Assembly (NCBI GenBank): GCA_963777505.1
Contig: CAVZQN010000008.1
Location: 224,001 to 288,000 of the forward strand
Length of the DNA stretch: 64,000 nt
Direction: 5' to 3'
Origin: an uncultured bacterium
Lineage (GTDB): Bacteria > Acidobacteriota > HRBIN11 > JAKEFK01
The notes beneath the pieces are model-generated. The model had not been told where the DNA came from. It was given only the letters and a program-made list of their open reading frames with translations, and did not search any database. Of the stretch, positions 22,840 to 33,323 are shown piece after piece. The position numbers and the translations under genes were made by a program. Position 1 is the stretch's first letter. Each line of letters opens with the position of its first letter.

Positions 22840-22869
22840 AAAGGAGCGCACTTAGCGCTCCTTTTTTTT
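22840..22869 (+). terminator. Intrinsic terminator after groL
   Basis: AAAGGAGCGC-ACTTA-GCGCTCC-T8. Confidence 0.85.
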
Positions 22870-22951
22870 GCTTTTGCTAACTGACAAAAAGTGTACAGAA
22901 ATTAGGTCGTATTTTGTCGCGCTATCATGAGTGCTTCATGTCGAGAAAAAG

Positions 22952-22980
22952 TTGAAAACAGAAACTCGCTTTGTTATATT
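22952..22980 (+). promoter_or_regulatory. Sigma-70-type promoter of the second Clp ATPase
   Basis: TTGAAA-N17-TATATT with TG extension. Confidence 0.6.
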
Positions 22981-22997
22981 TCATGCAGGTTGGTTTA

Positions 22998-25277
22998 ATG
23001 CGGGATCCTATAGACTTTGGCGATTACAACGATAAGCTGAGTAAGTCAGGACGTGAAGTTCTCGCACTTGCTATTGAAGAATCCCGTAGAAGAGATCAAA
23101 ATTACCTCGCCGCAGAGCATCTTTTCCTTGCACTTGTCAAAGTAGAACGCAAACTCTTCGAAGAAATGGTTCGTGATTTGCGTCTGACTCCTGAAGACAT
23201 CATCAAAGATATCAGTCAACATCTTGATCTCAGCAAACAATATGTCGGAAAGGGACTGAAGATTACTTTCAGCATGAAATCAATCTTCCGATTGGCCTGG
23301 ATTAACACTTTTCAATGCGGCCGTTCCAAGATTGAATCTTTTGATTTGCTTTGCGCAATTTTTCAGGAAGGTAACAACATTCCTGTTGAGATCTTCAGAC
23401 TCTATGGCATCGAGCCCGAGCATGTTGTTCGAAGGATCAGCGATCGTGTAAAGAATCGCGAATTACAAGAAAAAGAACTCAAAAGAAAATTTGATCTTCC
23501 ACGTCATCTGAAACATTTCACAACAAACCTTAACTATCTGGCACGTCAGAATAAACTTCCTCCGATTATCGGCCGCGAAAAAGAAGTCGAAAAGGTGATT
23601 GAAATCTTAAGCCATGTAGATCGCCCAAATTCGGTCATGCTTTTAGGAGAACCTGGCGTTGGAAAGAGTGCCATTGCAGAAGGCCTGGCACAGCGTCTCG
23701 AATTCGAATATCACTCCGTTCCTGAAAGATTGAAAGGATGTCAGGTCTTACAACTTCATCTTAATATGCTCATCGCGGGGACCATGTTCCGCGGAATGTT
23801 TGAAGACCGGATTGAAAATATCATTACAGAACTAAAAGAGCGGCATGATTTGATTCTTTTTATTGATGAAGCTCACACCTTGATTGGAGCCGGTGCAGCA
23901 CTCGGTGCTCCAGCCGATGCCGCAAATATTTTTAAGTCTTCGCTTGCACGCGGAGAAATCCGGATTATTGCGGCAACTACAAACACGGAGTACAGGCAAT
24001 TTTTTGTTGAAGATGAGGCTCTCGCGCGAAGATTTCGAAGTGTGAAAATTAATGAGCCTTCATTGGAAGAAACGCGCCGGATTCTGGAAGGGCTCATCAC
24101 GCGATTCGAAAGCAATTATTCCGTCCGAGTTTCAGAAGATGCAGTTGAGACAGCGCTTGAAATGGCATCCCGTTACAATCGCGGTTTGCATTTGCCTGAT
24201 AAGGTAATCGGCTGGCTGGACACGGCTTCAGTTAAAGTGCAGATCCGAAATGACGAACGCGTCGTAAAGCGTGAGGATGTCGTTTCTGTAATCGCCGAGG
24301 AATCGGAAATACCGCAAGATCTTGTAAGTCGCGAGGTCACTGATCGTTTCAAAACACTGGAAGCTGACCTTTCGAAACGGATCATCGGCCAGCACGAAGC
24401 CATCAATAAGCTTGCACGCAGATTGCGCTTGAATAAAGGACCATTGAAGGAAAACTACTATCGTCCGGATGGTGTTTTCATGTTTCTTGGGCCAACAGGT
24501 GTCGGCAAAACAGAATTGGCTAAGGCACTTGCTGAATGTTTATTCGGGGATGAACACAAAATGATCCGTGTTGATCTTTCTGAATATCAAGATTCAGGCG
24601 TTTCGATTGAGAAACTGATCGGAATGCCCCGCGGCATTGTCGGCTCCGAACGAGGTGGTGTGCTGACTACGCAATTGCGAGACAATCCTTACACCGTTGT
24701 CCTGCTTGACGAAATCGAAAAGGCGCATCCTCATTTGTTGTCTTTATTTCTTCAGGCTTTTGATGAAGGATGGCTTACGGATGGTCGCGGCAAAAAAGTT
24801 TATTTCAGTGATGCAATTATTATTATGACTTCCAATCTCGGCTCACATTTATTCAAAAGCGCTCTGCAGCCTCTTGGCTATTTGAATGATCGTGAAAACA
24901 TTAACGTCATCAAACGGGACGTTATGAAAGATATGGAACGGATGTTCTCTCCTGAATTCCGGAATCGTCTGGATGAAGTTGTTGTATTTTCACCATTAAC
25001 AAGACAAGAAGTCCGCGCGATTGCTGAAAAATATTTGGCACAGGTGGAAGCAGCCTTACAATCATCAGGCAAGCGATTGATCGTGACTCCGGAAGCGCTG
25101 GAGAAGATCTCTTCAACCGGATACAACTATGCGTATGGCGCCCGTTTCTTGAAACGAACCGTTGATGAAAAGATCAAAATTCCTATCACAAATCTCTGGA
25201 ATGAATCTGATACCTTCATTGCCGAAGTCAAAGATGATCAAGTGGTCATCAATCCCATCATTGCCGAACTAGTTTAG
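22998..25277 (+). CDS. ClpA/ClpC-like class I Clp ATPase with atypical pore loops
   Basis: N-domain, GEPGVGKS/FIDE and [12 protein letters not shown], no middle domain, LGY ClpP-loop-like motif; start moved to ATG 22998 because TTG 22971 lies inside the promoter. Confidence 0.88.
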   Translation: MRDPIDFGDYNDKLSKSGREVLALAIEESRRRDQNYLAAEHLFLALVKVERKLFEEMVRDLRLTPEDIIKDISQHLDLSKQYVGKGLKITFSMKSIFRLAWINTFQCGRSKIESFDLLCAIFQEGNNIPVEIFRLYGIEPEHVVRRISDRVKNRELQEKELKRKFDLPRHLKHFTTNLNYLARQNKLPPIIGREKEVEKVIEILSHVDRPNSVMLLGEPGVGKSAIAEGLAQRLEFEYHSVPERLKGCQVLQLHLNMLIAGTMFRGMFEDRIENIITELKERHDLILFIDEAHTLIGAGAALGAPADAANIFKSSLARGEIRIIAATTNTEYRQFFVEDEALARRFRSVKINEPSLEETRRILEGLITRFESNYSVRVSEDAVETALEMASRYNRGLHLPDKVIGWLDTASVKVQIRNDERVVKREDVVSVIAEESEIPQDLVSREVTDRFKTLEADLSKRIIGQHEAINKLARRLRLNKGPLKENYYRPDGVFMFLGPTGVGKTELAKALAECLFGDEHKMIRVDLSEYQDSGVSIEKLIGMPRGIVGSERGGVLTTQLRDNPYTVVLLDEIEKAHPHLLSLFLQAFDEGWLTDGRGKKVYFSDAIIIMTSNLGSHLFKSALQPLGYLNDRENINVIKRDVMKDMERMFSPEFRNRLDEVVVFSPLTRQEVRAIAEKYLAQVEAALQSSGKRLIVTPEALEKISSTGYNYAYGARFLKRTVDEKIKIPITNLWNESDTFIAEVKDDQVVINPIIAELV

Positions 25278-25299
25278 TTAACCGCAAAAGACTCAAAGC

Positions 25300-26610
25300 C
25301 TAGTGAGAGTTGGCTTTCCGGCCTATCCCGTAATATTTAAAGCCCATTTTCTTCATTCGGTCAGGACTGTACAGGTTTCTTCCATCAAAAAAGATTGGTT
25401 GCTTCATTGCGTTCCGAAGGCGTTCCATATTGAGTAATTTAAACTCACGCCATTCTGTTAGAAGGATCGTACAGTCTGCATCTTTAGCAGCATCATAAGC
25501 ATTCTTTGCATAATGCACACGTTTGCCGAAAATCTTTCGCGCATTTTCTATTGCTGCCGGATCATATGCGCGCACTTTACCTTTCTTCTCTAAAATGCGC
25601 TCGATTACTTCAATCGATTTAGCCTCTCGCATGTCATCTGTATCAGGCTTAAAAGCGAGTCCAAGTAGCGCAAAGGTTTTGTTTTCCATATCGCCCATGA
25701 CGCTCTCAATTCGTTTTGCAAACCGGGAAATACGGTCATGGTTAATATCGCAGACGGACTGCAATAGCGTGAAATCATAATCAAACTTTCGTGCCGTTTG
25801 GATTAGTGAATCCACATCTTTCGGAAAACAGGAGCCACCATAGCCCAGCCCTGGCTGCAGATGATGATGACCAATACGTCGATCATGTCCCATACCGTTA
25901 ATAACGTGCACTACATCGGCACCTGTCCTTTCACAAATGTCGGCGATCGCATTGGCAAACGAAATCTTCATCGCAAGAAATGCGTTGGAAGCATACTTAA
26001 TGAGTTCGGCGCTCTCAACATCCGTAATTAACATCGGACATCCAAGCGAGGCATATAACTCAAGAAGCGTTAAAGCGACTTGTTGATTCGGGGCGCCAAT
26101 AACAACACGGTCGGGCGAAAGTGTATCGCGGATCGCTGAACCTTCTCTCAGAAATTCAGGATTAGAGACAACATCAAACTTGATCCCGCTGTCTTTTCTT
26201 ACTTTTTCAATAATGTTTTTTACAAGATTGCCTGTACCAACGGGTACGGTACTTTTATTTACAATGACTTTGTATCGATCAATATTATGGCCGATTGCGT
26301 CAGCCGCTTCTTCAACCTGAGAAAGATCCGTTTCACCGTTTTCTTTTGATGGAGTTCCAACTGCGATGAAAATCACATCGCCCTTTTTTACCGCTGAAGC
26401 TAGATCGGTTGAAAATGATAGACGATGATCTTCCATATTTCTTTTTACAAGCTCTTCTAAACCTGGCTCATAAAAAGGAATTTTCCCTTGAGATAACTGC
26501 ACGATCCTGTTCTCATCTTTATCTACGCAGATAACATCGTTTCCAAGGTCGGCAAAAACGCTGCCGGTCACAAGGCCGACGTAACCTGTGCCAATGACTG
26601 CAATGTTCAC
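25300..26610 (-). CDS. ugd: UDP-glucose 6-dehydrogenase
   Basis: GTGYVG, KSTVPVG, SNPEFLREG, GGSCFPKD. Confidence 0.93.
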   Translation of the reverse strand: MNIAVIGTGYVGLVTGSVFADLGNDVICVDKDENRIVQLSQGKIPFYEPGLEELVKRNMEDHRLSFSTDLASAVKKGDVIFIAVGTPSKENGETDLSQVEEAADAIGHNIDRYKVIVNKSTVPVGTGNLVKNIIEKVRKDSGIKFDVVSNPEFLREGSAIRDTLSPDRVVIGAPNQQVALTLLELYASLGCPMLITDVESAELIKYASNAFLAMKISFANAIADICERTGADVVHVINGMGHDRRIGHHHLQPGLGYGGSCFPKDVDSLIQTARKFDYDFTLLQSVCDINHDRISRFAKRIESVMGDMENKTFALLGLAFKPDTDDMREAKSIEVIERILEKKGKVRAYDPAAIENARKIFGKRVHYAKNAYDAAKDADCTILLTEWREFKLLNMERLRNAMKQPIFFDGRNLYSPDRMKKMGFKYYGIGRKANSH

Positions 26611-26689
26611 TTCTTAATACCTCTCTTTTAAAACGCAGACTATTTCACGTTTTGCGTTTTAATATACATAGACACTAAATTCAGTGGGG

Positions 26690-28117
26690 TCAAGAATCGT
26701 TGTGGGAGAGCCCTCGAACGAGCGTGAGCCAGATAATTTTCAGATCGAGCAGAAGTGACCAATTTTCTATATAGTACAAATCGTGTTCGATTCTCTTTTC
26801 AATACTGGTATTCCCTCGCCACCCATTCACCTGAGCCCATCCTGTAATGCCGGATCGAACTTTGTGCCGTAGCATGTATTGCGGAATTTGTTCTTTGAAA
26901 TAGTAAACAAAGAAAGGACGTTCCGGACGTGGGCCTACTAAACTCATGTCCCCTTTTAAAACATTCCAAAATTGCGGCCATTCATCCACATAAAGTTTTC
27001 TTAAAACTTTACCAAATGGTGTCACACGCGGATCATTCGCCTGTGACATGACCGGTCCTGTTTCTAATTCCGCATCGACTTCCATCGTGCGGAACTTGTA
27101 CATTAAAAATGATTTTCCATCCAGCCCCATACGCTCTTGTTTAAAAAAGATCGGTCCAGGTGAGCGGAATTTTACAAGAAAAACTACAACCGGAAAGAAA
27201 ATCAATGCGATCAACATACCGCCTGCACCGAACATAATGTCCATAATTCGTTTGACAAATGAATCAAACCCGCGCATCGGAACGTCGCTGAGGTTAACGA
27301 TTGGAACCCCATCAAGGTCCTCAATCCCGGCGCGAATTGCGACATATTCAAGGATGTCGGGTACAACTTTGATATCAACGATTTCATTGCGAGTTGTATG
27401 AAGAATCGTTTTGACAGTGTCATGAGCGCTTAAGGGGAGCGCAATGAATAGGTAGTCTATTCTTAACTGATCCACTATCGTTGCGACTTCAGATGTTCGG
27501 CCTACAACAGGAAATCCAGATACAACCAGCTTTTCCGGATCATCATCAAGAAATCCTACAACATCGTATCCAAGCTCTTCATGCGCACGGATCCGGCTGG
27601 CCACAGTTTCACCAAGTTTTCCTGCGCCGACGATTAAAACTTTCTTGATGTTGTACCCACGTTTGCGCAGTTCTTCAAGCACTTTTCGGATGCCGGTACG
27701 GGTTAACATGATTCCCGCAATATCAAGAATCATGAAATAGAAAAATAGAACGCGGGCGGGTTCCATCGCTTCGGCAGCATCGATATTGCGTTGATGATAA
27801 ACGCGGTAATACAGGAGCATACCCCACAAAATTGCCGTTGCGATTCCAACAGAAGCTGTTACTGAAAAGAATTCATCAATGCTGGCGCGAGTTCTTCGTA
27901 TTTGATACAAACCGTGGAAGTGGAAAATTACTGGCCAAACAACCAAAAGTAGAGGAATGATGTTGATATATTGTTGAAGTGCGGGAACACCATATTTGAC
28001 CGGGATAATTTCGGTGTAAAAACGCAAATAATAGGCAAGCAGAAAGGAAACTATAGTGACAAGGACATCTCCCGCCAGAAAGATGGCCATCAAAACCTGG
28101 TTCTTTCCCTTAATCAT
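26690..28117 (-). CDS. Undecaprenyl-phosphate glucose phosphotransferase (WcaJ-type)
   Basis: Multiple TM helices, CoA-binding-like domain, KFRTM, GDMSLVGPRPE, DLYYIENWS. Confidence 0.92.
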   Translation of the reverse strand: MIKGKNQVLMAIFLAGDVLVTIVSFLLAYYLRFYTEIIPVKYGVPALQQYINIIPLLLVVWPVIFHFHGLYQIRRTRASIDEFFSVTASVGIATAILWGMLLYYRVYHQRNIDAAEAMEPARVLFFYFMILDIAGIMLTRTGIRKVLEELRKRGYNIKKVLIVGAGKLGETVASRIRAHEELGYDVVGFLDDDPEKLVVSGFPVVGRTSEVATIVDQLRIDYLFIALPLSAHDTVKTILHTTRNEIVDIKVVPDILEYVAIRAGIEDLDGVPIVNLSDVPMRGFDSFVKRIMDIMFGAGGMLIALIFFPVVVFLVKFRSPGPIFFKQERMGLDGKSFLMYKFRTMEVDAELETGPVMSQANDPRVTPFGKVLRKLYVDEWPQFWNVLKGDMSLVGPRPERPFFVYYFKEQIPQYMLRHKVRSGITGWAQVNGWRGNTSIEKRIEHDLYYIENWSLLLDLKIIWLTLVRGLSHNDS

Positions 28118-29213
28118 CTCTCTTTAATTGTAGCTTTTCTTGAATTATGGCCTGCATTTCGCTTTGAAAGCGGGTGGGACTATAGCGCAAAGCCATCTCG
28201 CGCATGAACGCGACATTAAACTGCATTCCTCGAGCTTTGTCAACCGCTTCTCGTAAGCTTTCCGCCGTTAAGTCATTGAAAAACAAGCCTGTTTCGTTCT
28301 CGGTCACTGTTTCCGTAGCGCCACCCCTACGATATGCTAAAACAGGACACGCGCAAGCAAACGCCTCAATTACATTGATTCCGAAATCTTCAACACCTGG
28401 CTGTATCATCATCGAAGCCGTTTGATACAGCTCACGCAATCTTATGGGCTCGACCCTTCCAAGGAACTTTACATTCGATGATGCAATTTTCTTCAGCCAT
28501 TTTTCTTCGGGACCAGTCCCAACAATCATAAGTTTAAGATTACTGCTTCGAAAAGCTTCAATTGCAATTTCAAGCCGTTTATAGGGAACGAGCGCTGATA
28601 CAATCAGGCAAAAGTCTTCCCTTTTTTGTGCTGAAGGCACAAAAAACTCGGTATCAACAGGAGGGTACGATACTTGCGAAGTACGGCCGTAGTATTTTTG
28701 AATCCTTTCACCAATAAATTTTGAATTCGCAATAAACTCATCTACACGACTGTTACTTGCTACATCCCACATTCGAAGATAGCTAACGATATAGGGCAAA
28801 GTTTTCCTCTTCAGAAACCCTGTGCGATGATCGCCAAAATAATCCCAATAATGACTCCAAATATATCGCATCGGCGTATGGCAATAGCAAAGATGCACCG
28901 CAGACGAATTCGGAATGATTCCTTTCGCAACACAGTGGCTGCTGCTGATGATGAGGTCATAGGACTGTACATCGAAACTTTCGATAGCTGATGGAAAAAA
29001 CGGTAAATAATTCCTGTAGTTCTTCTTAACAAAAGGTGCTTTTTGCAGAAAGGATGTATGAATTGGATGCGCTTCGATTGTTTCAGAAACACTGCCTGGA
29101 AAGTGGAATAGAGTAAAGATCGGAGCGCCTGGAAACATATTGCAGAACTGTTCCAGAACTTTCTCCCCGCCGCGCATTCCAGTAAGCCAGTCATGAACAA
29201 GAGCGACCTTCAT
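28110..29213 (-). CDS. GT4 glycosyltransferase
   Basis: VHDWLTGMRGGE, YCHTPMRY, EDFGINVIEA. Confidence 0.9.
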   Translation of the reverse strand: MKVALVHDWLTGMRGGEKVLEQFCNMFPGAPIFTLFHFPGSVSETIEAHPIHTSFLQKAPFVKKNYRNYLPFFPSAIESFDVQSYDLIISSSHCVAKGIIPNSSAVHLCYCHTPMRYIWSHYWDYFGDHRTGFLKRKTLPYIVSYLRMWDVASNSRVDEFIANSKFIGERIQKYYGRTSQVSYPPVDTEFFVPSAQKREDFCLIVSALVPYKRLEIAIEAFRSSNLKLMIVGTGPEEKWLKKIASSNVKFLGRVEPIRLRELYQTASMMIQPGVEDFGINVIEAFACACPVLAYRRGGATETVTENETGLFFNDLTAESLREAVDKARGMQFNVAFMREMALRYSPTRFQSEMQAIIQEKLQLKRDD

Positions 29214-30274
29214 CGCGCAAACCTTCCGTAAATTTCCAGAAGTTGATGCGGGGATTTATCTGTCATGTACTCCTTCGCTTTCTTAGGACCTGCTGAGCGC
29301 AAGAGCGAAAGCTTTTGTGTATCGTGAATCAAACTCTCCAGTTTCGATGCCAGCGATTCAACGCTGTCTCTCTGGAAGAATTCTACACTGTCTCCCAAAA
29401 TCTCGCACAAAGCCGGCGCATCGGAAGATAAAACCGGCGTTCCACAACTCATTGCCTCTAGAGGCGGATACCCAAATCCTTCATACAGGGATGGAAAGAC
29501 AAAGAGCATCGCATCGGTATACAAACGATGAAGCAATCTTCCTTCTGCAAAGCCAAGAACACGCACTCTTGGTGTAGCAAAACACTTTTCAATCAATTCA
29601 GAAGCCGTATCATTTGACTTCCCTACCATCACAAGTTGTGGCGGATCTTTGAGCTGTTGAAATGCATCCACAAGAGTTTCAACCCCCTTGTGCCGTTTAA
29701 AGTTTCCAACATAGAGAAGAAAATTCTTTTCAATCCCAAGTTCGGAAAGATCCATTGGTGCAGCAGGTTGCATCCAATCGGGGCTGAGCCTGTTGTAAAT
29801 AACTTCCAATTTCTTTTCAGTAAATGGATACAATTCAGCAATATCATTCCTGCTTGTTTGTGAAACTGTCAGGATTAGATCGGCCTTCTCCAACGCGCGT
29901 TTCAACACGAACGATCCTGCACGTACTTTCCATGACGGATAAAATTGCGGAAATTTGTATTGAATCAAATCATGAACGGTAACAATCGAAGTCTTTTTCA
30001 GAGCCAATGGCAATGTGTAATGTGGAGAATGAAAAAGATCCACTGAGTGTTGGTTGGCCTTTCTGGCAAGACTATAGTGTTCACGTATCGAATACTTTGA
30101 GCTATCATCCGGAATCCAACTCACGTTTTTTGTGCCCTCAAGCGAGTCATACTGCGTGCAAAACAGAACGTAATTATTTTTCTGATCCGCTTGAATTGCA
30201 GGAAGAATTACATTTTTGATGTGCGTTCCGATTCCATAATCTCGCAGCTTTCGTACATCAATTCCAATCTTCAT
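29210..30274 (-). CDS. GT4 glycosyltransferase
   Basis: TVHDL, PSLYEGFGYPPLEAM. Confidence 0.9.
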   Translation of the reverse strand: MKIGIDVRKLRDYGIGTHIKNVILPAIQADQKNNYVLFCTQYDSLEGTKNVSWIPDDSSKYSIREHYSLARKANQHSVDLFHSPHYTLPLALKKTSIVTVHDLIQYKFPQFYPSWKVRAGSFVLKRALEKADLILTVSQTSRNDIAELYPFTEKKLEVIYNRLSPDWMQPAAPMDLSELGIEKNFLLYVGNFKRHKGVETLVDAFQQLKDPPQLVMVGKSNDTASELIEKCFATPRVRVLGFAEGRLLHRLYTDAMLFVFPSLYEGFGYPPLEAMSCGTPVLSSDAPALCEILGDSVEFFQRDSVESLASKLESLIHDTQKLSLLRSAGPKKAKEYMTDKSPHQLLEIYGRFAR

Positions 30275-30276
30275 TA

Positions 30277-31074
30277 CTACGATACTCCGGAGGGCATTTT
30301 TCCGGAGAGCCGGAGATAGGTTCGTAATAGAAAATTCTGAAATGGACCATGATGCTTTTGATAATAATGAAGCTGACTTTTCCGGTATTCACGATTGACG
30401 CGTTCGGCATCTTGCGCGGAGCTTGTACCCTTGCGGTGCTGAATTAACACACCGGGAAGATAACTCACCCGTTCGCCTTGCATCGTTGCTCGTTTACATA
30501 GATCAACGTCTTCATGATATAGAAAAAACTTTTCATCAAATCCACCCAGTTTCCGAAATTCAGAAGACCGGATCATCATCGCGCATCCGCTCACATAATC
30601 AGGATGTTTCGGCGCGTGATCGTGGATCCAGGATTGCACTCGTTCAGATTTTTCAGATCGTTGCAATGATCTCTGGTTAAATTCGCCCGGTATTGAAAGA
30701 AATGGGCCGAATGAAAGCTGTAATAAACCATCAGGATAAAGCACCTGCGGACCTACAATTGCGGATTCTTTCAATGCTGCAAGAAGCGGAGTCACACAAT
30801 CTTCAACAAACTGACAATCCGGATTTACAAAGAAGAGTGCATCAGACTTTGCGTGCTGAGCACCGATATTACACGCAGCCCCAAATCCCGCATTCACGTT
30901 TTGATGAAGATACACACAATCCAGTTTTGAAGAAAGATTTTTTTCGGAGTTGTTATCAACGACAATCCATTCATACCGATCTGGCTTCAAATGTTTTTTT
31001 ATGGATTCTGCAAGCTTCATGATCTCATCCGGACCGTTGTAATAAACGGTGATAATGCTAACTTCCGGAATCAA
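30277..31074 (-). CDS. GT2 glycosyltransferase
   Basis: VVDNNS, GFGAACN, NPD, GGFDEKFFLYHEDVD. Confidence 0.9.
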   Translation of the reverse strand: MIPEVSIITVYYNGPDEIMKLAESIKKHLKPDRYEWIVVDNNSEKNLSSKLDCVYLHQNVNAGFGAACNIGAQHAKSDALFFVNPDCQFVEDCVTPLLAALKESAIVGPQVLYPDGLLQLSFGPFLSIPGEFNQRSLQRSEKSERVQSWIHDHAPKHPDYVSGCAMMIRSSEFRKLGGFDEKFFLYHEDVDLCKRATMQGERVSYLPGVLIQHRKGTSSAQDAERVNREYRKSQLHYYQKHHGPFQNFLLRTYLRLSGKMPSGVS

Positions 31075-32167
31075 GAAGATGCTCCCAATCCGATGCGATA
31101 ATCTGAGCTGTTTCTCGCCACGTTAATGATGCAGCTCTGATGCGACCGGCATCGACCAATTTCAACCGTTCATTTTCATTTTCCATGACAGTTCGTATTG
31201 CTTCTGCAACTTTTACCGGCTCCAGTAAACCTACAAAAAGAGCAGAATCTCGATAAATCGTATTCATTGCCGGAGTATCTGACAAAATCACAGGAACACC
31301 ATAGGACATTGCTTCCAATGGTGGAATTCCGAATCCTTCATATTCGGATAAATAAACAAATACATCAGCCATTCTGTAATAATCCTGAAGAAGAGAATCC
31401 GACACATATTCTAAGAGTTGAACACGATCCTGCACATTGGCCTTTTGCGCTTCATCCTGAAGATCAATCCACGGGAATGTTCTATTCTCACCAACAATAA
31501 TCAAAATGTAAGAAGGGTCGAGATGGCTCATCGCTTTGATTAAAACTGGAAGATGCCGTCGATTGAAAATGGAGCCTGCATACAAAATTACTTTGTGGTT
31601 GGATATCATTCTTACATCGCGAAGTTCGTTCCGTTTGACTGGATCCACATCGCGAACAGGAACTCCATTTGGAGCAACACGAATTTTATCAGCAGCAACT
31701 TCAAACTGCTGCATGATCTCAGCTTTCACATATTCGCAAACCGTATAGATGCGGTCAGCAGAACGGATCGAGATTGAAGTATTCATCTGTTTGTAGAGTC
31801 TTTCTTTTGCAGTAAACCAAAACGGAAAACGAAAATACGAAAGATCGTGAACTGTCAGTGTTTGAAGTCCACTGAACCTCCAGGGCAAAGTATTCGCTGG
31901 CGAAAACAGAAGATCAACTCGCCGGCGTGATAATTCACGACTCAGCGTCCATTGCTGCCATGCCACACTTGTTGATACCGTCTTTAGAACGATACATTCC
32001 GCATTTACAGCCGGCAGATTTTCTGGAATTCCATTTTTGAAATACAGTTGAAGTTTGAAACGTTCCGGTAGTTTCAGTTCTTCAAGAATTCCACGCAAAT
32101 ATGCCCCGACACCTGTCGGCTTCCCTTCCAATTCCCGTGCATCAACGCCAATAATTCGTTGAACCAT
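31058..32167 (-). CDS. GT4 glycosyltransferase
   Basis: TVHDL, SEYEGFGIPPLEAM. Confidence 0.9.
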   Translation of the reverse strand: MVQRIIGVDARELEGKPTGVGAYLRGILEELKLPERFKLQLYFKNGIPENLPAVNAECIVLKTVSTSVAWQQWTLSRELSRRRVDLLFSPANTLPWRFSGLQTLTVHDLSYFRFPFWFTAKERLYKQMNTSISIRSADRIYTVCEYVKAEIMQQFEVAADKIRVAPNGVPVRDVDPVKRNELRDVRMISNHKVILYAGSIFNRRHLPVLIKAMSHLDPSYILIIVGENRTFPWIDLQDEAQKANVQDRVQLLEYVSDSLLQDYYRMADVFVYLSEYEGFGIPPLEAMSYGVPVILSDTPAMNTIYRDSALFVGLLEPVKVAEAIRTVMENENERLKLVDAGRIRAASLTWRETAQIIASDWEHLLDSGS

Positions 32168-32197
32168 CTATTTTTTAACCACAAAGACACGAAGCAT

Positions 32198-33289
32198 TTA
32201 CAGACTCTTGTAAAGCTCCAGTGTTTTTTGGGCGGTTTCGGTCCAGGAAAATTTCTTTACCCGTTCGTTACCCAAACGAACAAGACTTTCGCGTCTCTCA
32301 GGTTTTAAAAGCATTAGACGCATTGCTTGGGAGACAGCTTCTACATTGTTGAATGGAACAGGGTAGAATGAATCTCCACTTACTTCATGAAATACCGGCA
32401 AATCTGACCCGATTATTGCGGTCCCTGCGGACATTGCTTCAAGCAAAGGAATACCGAAACCTTCTTCCCTTGAAGGCATAACGAGAGCCACAGATTGTCT
32501 GTATAGAGCTCTCAGTTCTTCCCGCGATACATACCCGATCCGTTTAATGCGCCCATTCCCATTCATAGAAGGAGCAGGCCATCGTTGCGGTCCCACAATA
32601 ATCAACTGGACATCTTCTTTTAATGCATCAACAGCTTGAAGCACAACAGCAAGATTTTTTCTTGGTTCGAAATCACCGACAAACAAAAAATAAGGACAAG
32701 AAACACCTAGCCGTTGAAGGGGTTCTTTTAAGTCCGTGTCGCTGACGGCTTGCGAAAAAAATGGATCGGCAGCAAGACGGATTGTATAAACACGAGACGG
32801 ATGAATGTTCAAATATTCAATCAAGATCTGCCGTGTATGTTCTGAAATCGCAATGATTGCATCACTTTTCTGACAATGTTTTTGAAGCAGAGCCTTGTAG
32901 TCACGCTTCACTTCACCTGTTGTATCTTCAGGATGAAAATAAAAATACAAATCCATCACGGTTGTAACTCGATGAGCGTTGGATGAAGGAAGGAGTAAAG
33001 GTCCAGGCGAGTGAGCGACATCAAGATCCTGGCCAACGAGCCGGTCAACAGTCGGCCAGCCCAACCGATGCCACGCAAAATTTAATGCAGAAACGGGCAA
33101 CCGGATATCATGCATCTTAAAATTAGGGCCGAAATTCGTATGTGGAAATCGTTCCTTCCAGGAACTTGAAAAAAGGTGATATTCATTTTGTCTATCAATT
33201 GCTGCAAGGGACTTTACAAGATTCTCAACATAAACTCCAACACCAGTTGCCTGAGAAAGTGCAGGACGCATATCAATGCAAATTTTCAT
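32198..33289 (-). CDS. GT4 glycosyltransferase
   Basis: EPRKN, PSREEGFGIPLLEAM; start placed at ATG 33289 because GTG 33310 lies inside an intergenic repeat. Confidence 0.9.
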   Translation of the reverse strand: MKICIDMRPALSQATGVGVYVENLVKSLAAIDRQNEYHLFSSSWKERFPHTNFGPNFKMHDIRLPVSALNFAWHRLGWPTVDRLVGQDLDVAHSPGPLLLPSSNAHRVTTVMDLYFYFHPEDTTGEVKRDYKALLQKHCQKSDAIIAISEHTRQILIEYLNIHPSRVYTIRLAADPFFSQAVSDTDLKEPLQRLGVSCPYFLFVGDFEPRKNLAVVLQAVDALKEDVQLIIVGPQRWPAPSMNGNGRIKRIGYVSREELRALYRQSVALVMPSREEGFGIPLLEAMSAGTAIIGSDLPVFHEVSGDSFYPVPFNNVEAVSQAMRLMLLKPERRESLVRLGNERVKKFSWTETAQKTLELYKSL

Positions 33290-33323
33290 CTTCCTTTTTA
33301 CCGCAGACACTCAGAGACTGGGG

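Noticed and set aside
22790-22940. Additional CIRCE half-sites (TCAGCACTC, GAGTGCTTC)
   Set aside because: No partner arm at 9-nt spacing; the first belongs to a heptamer array
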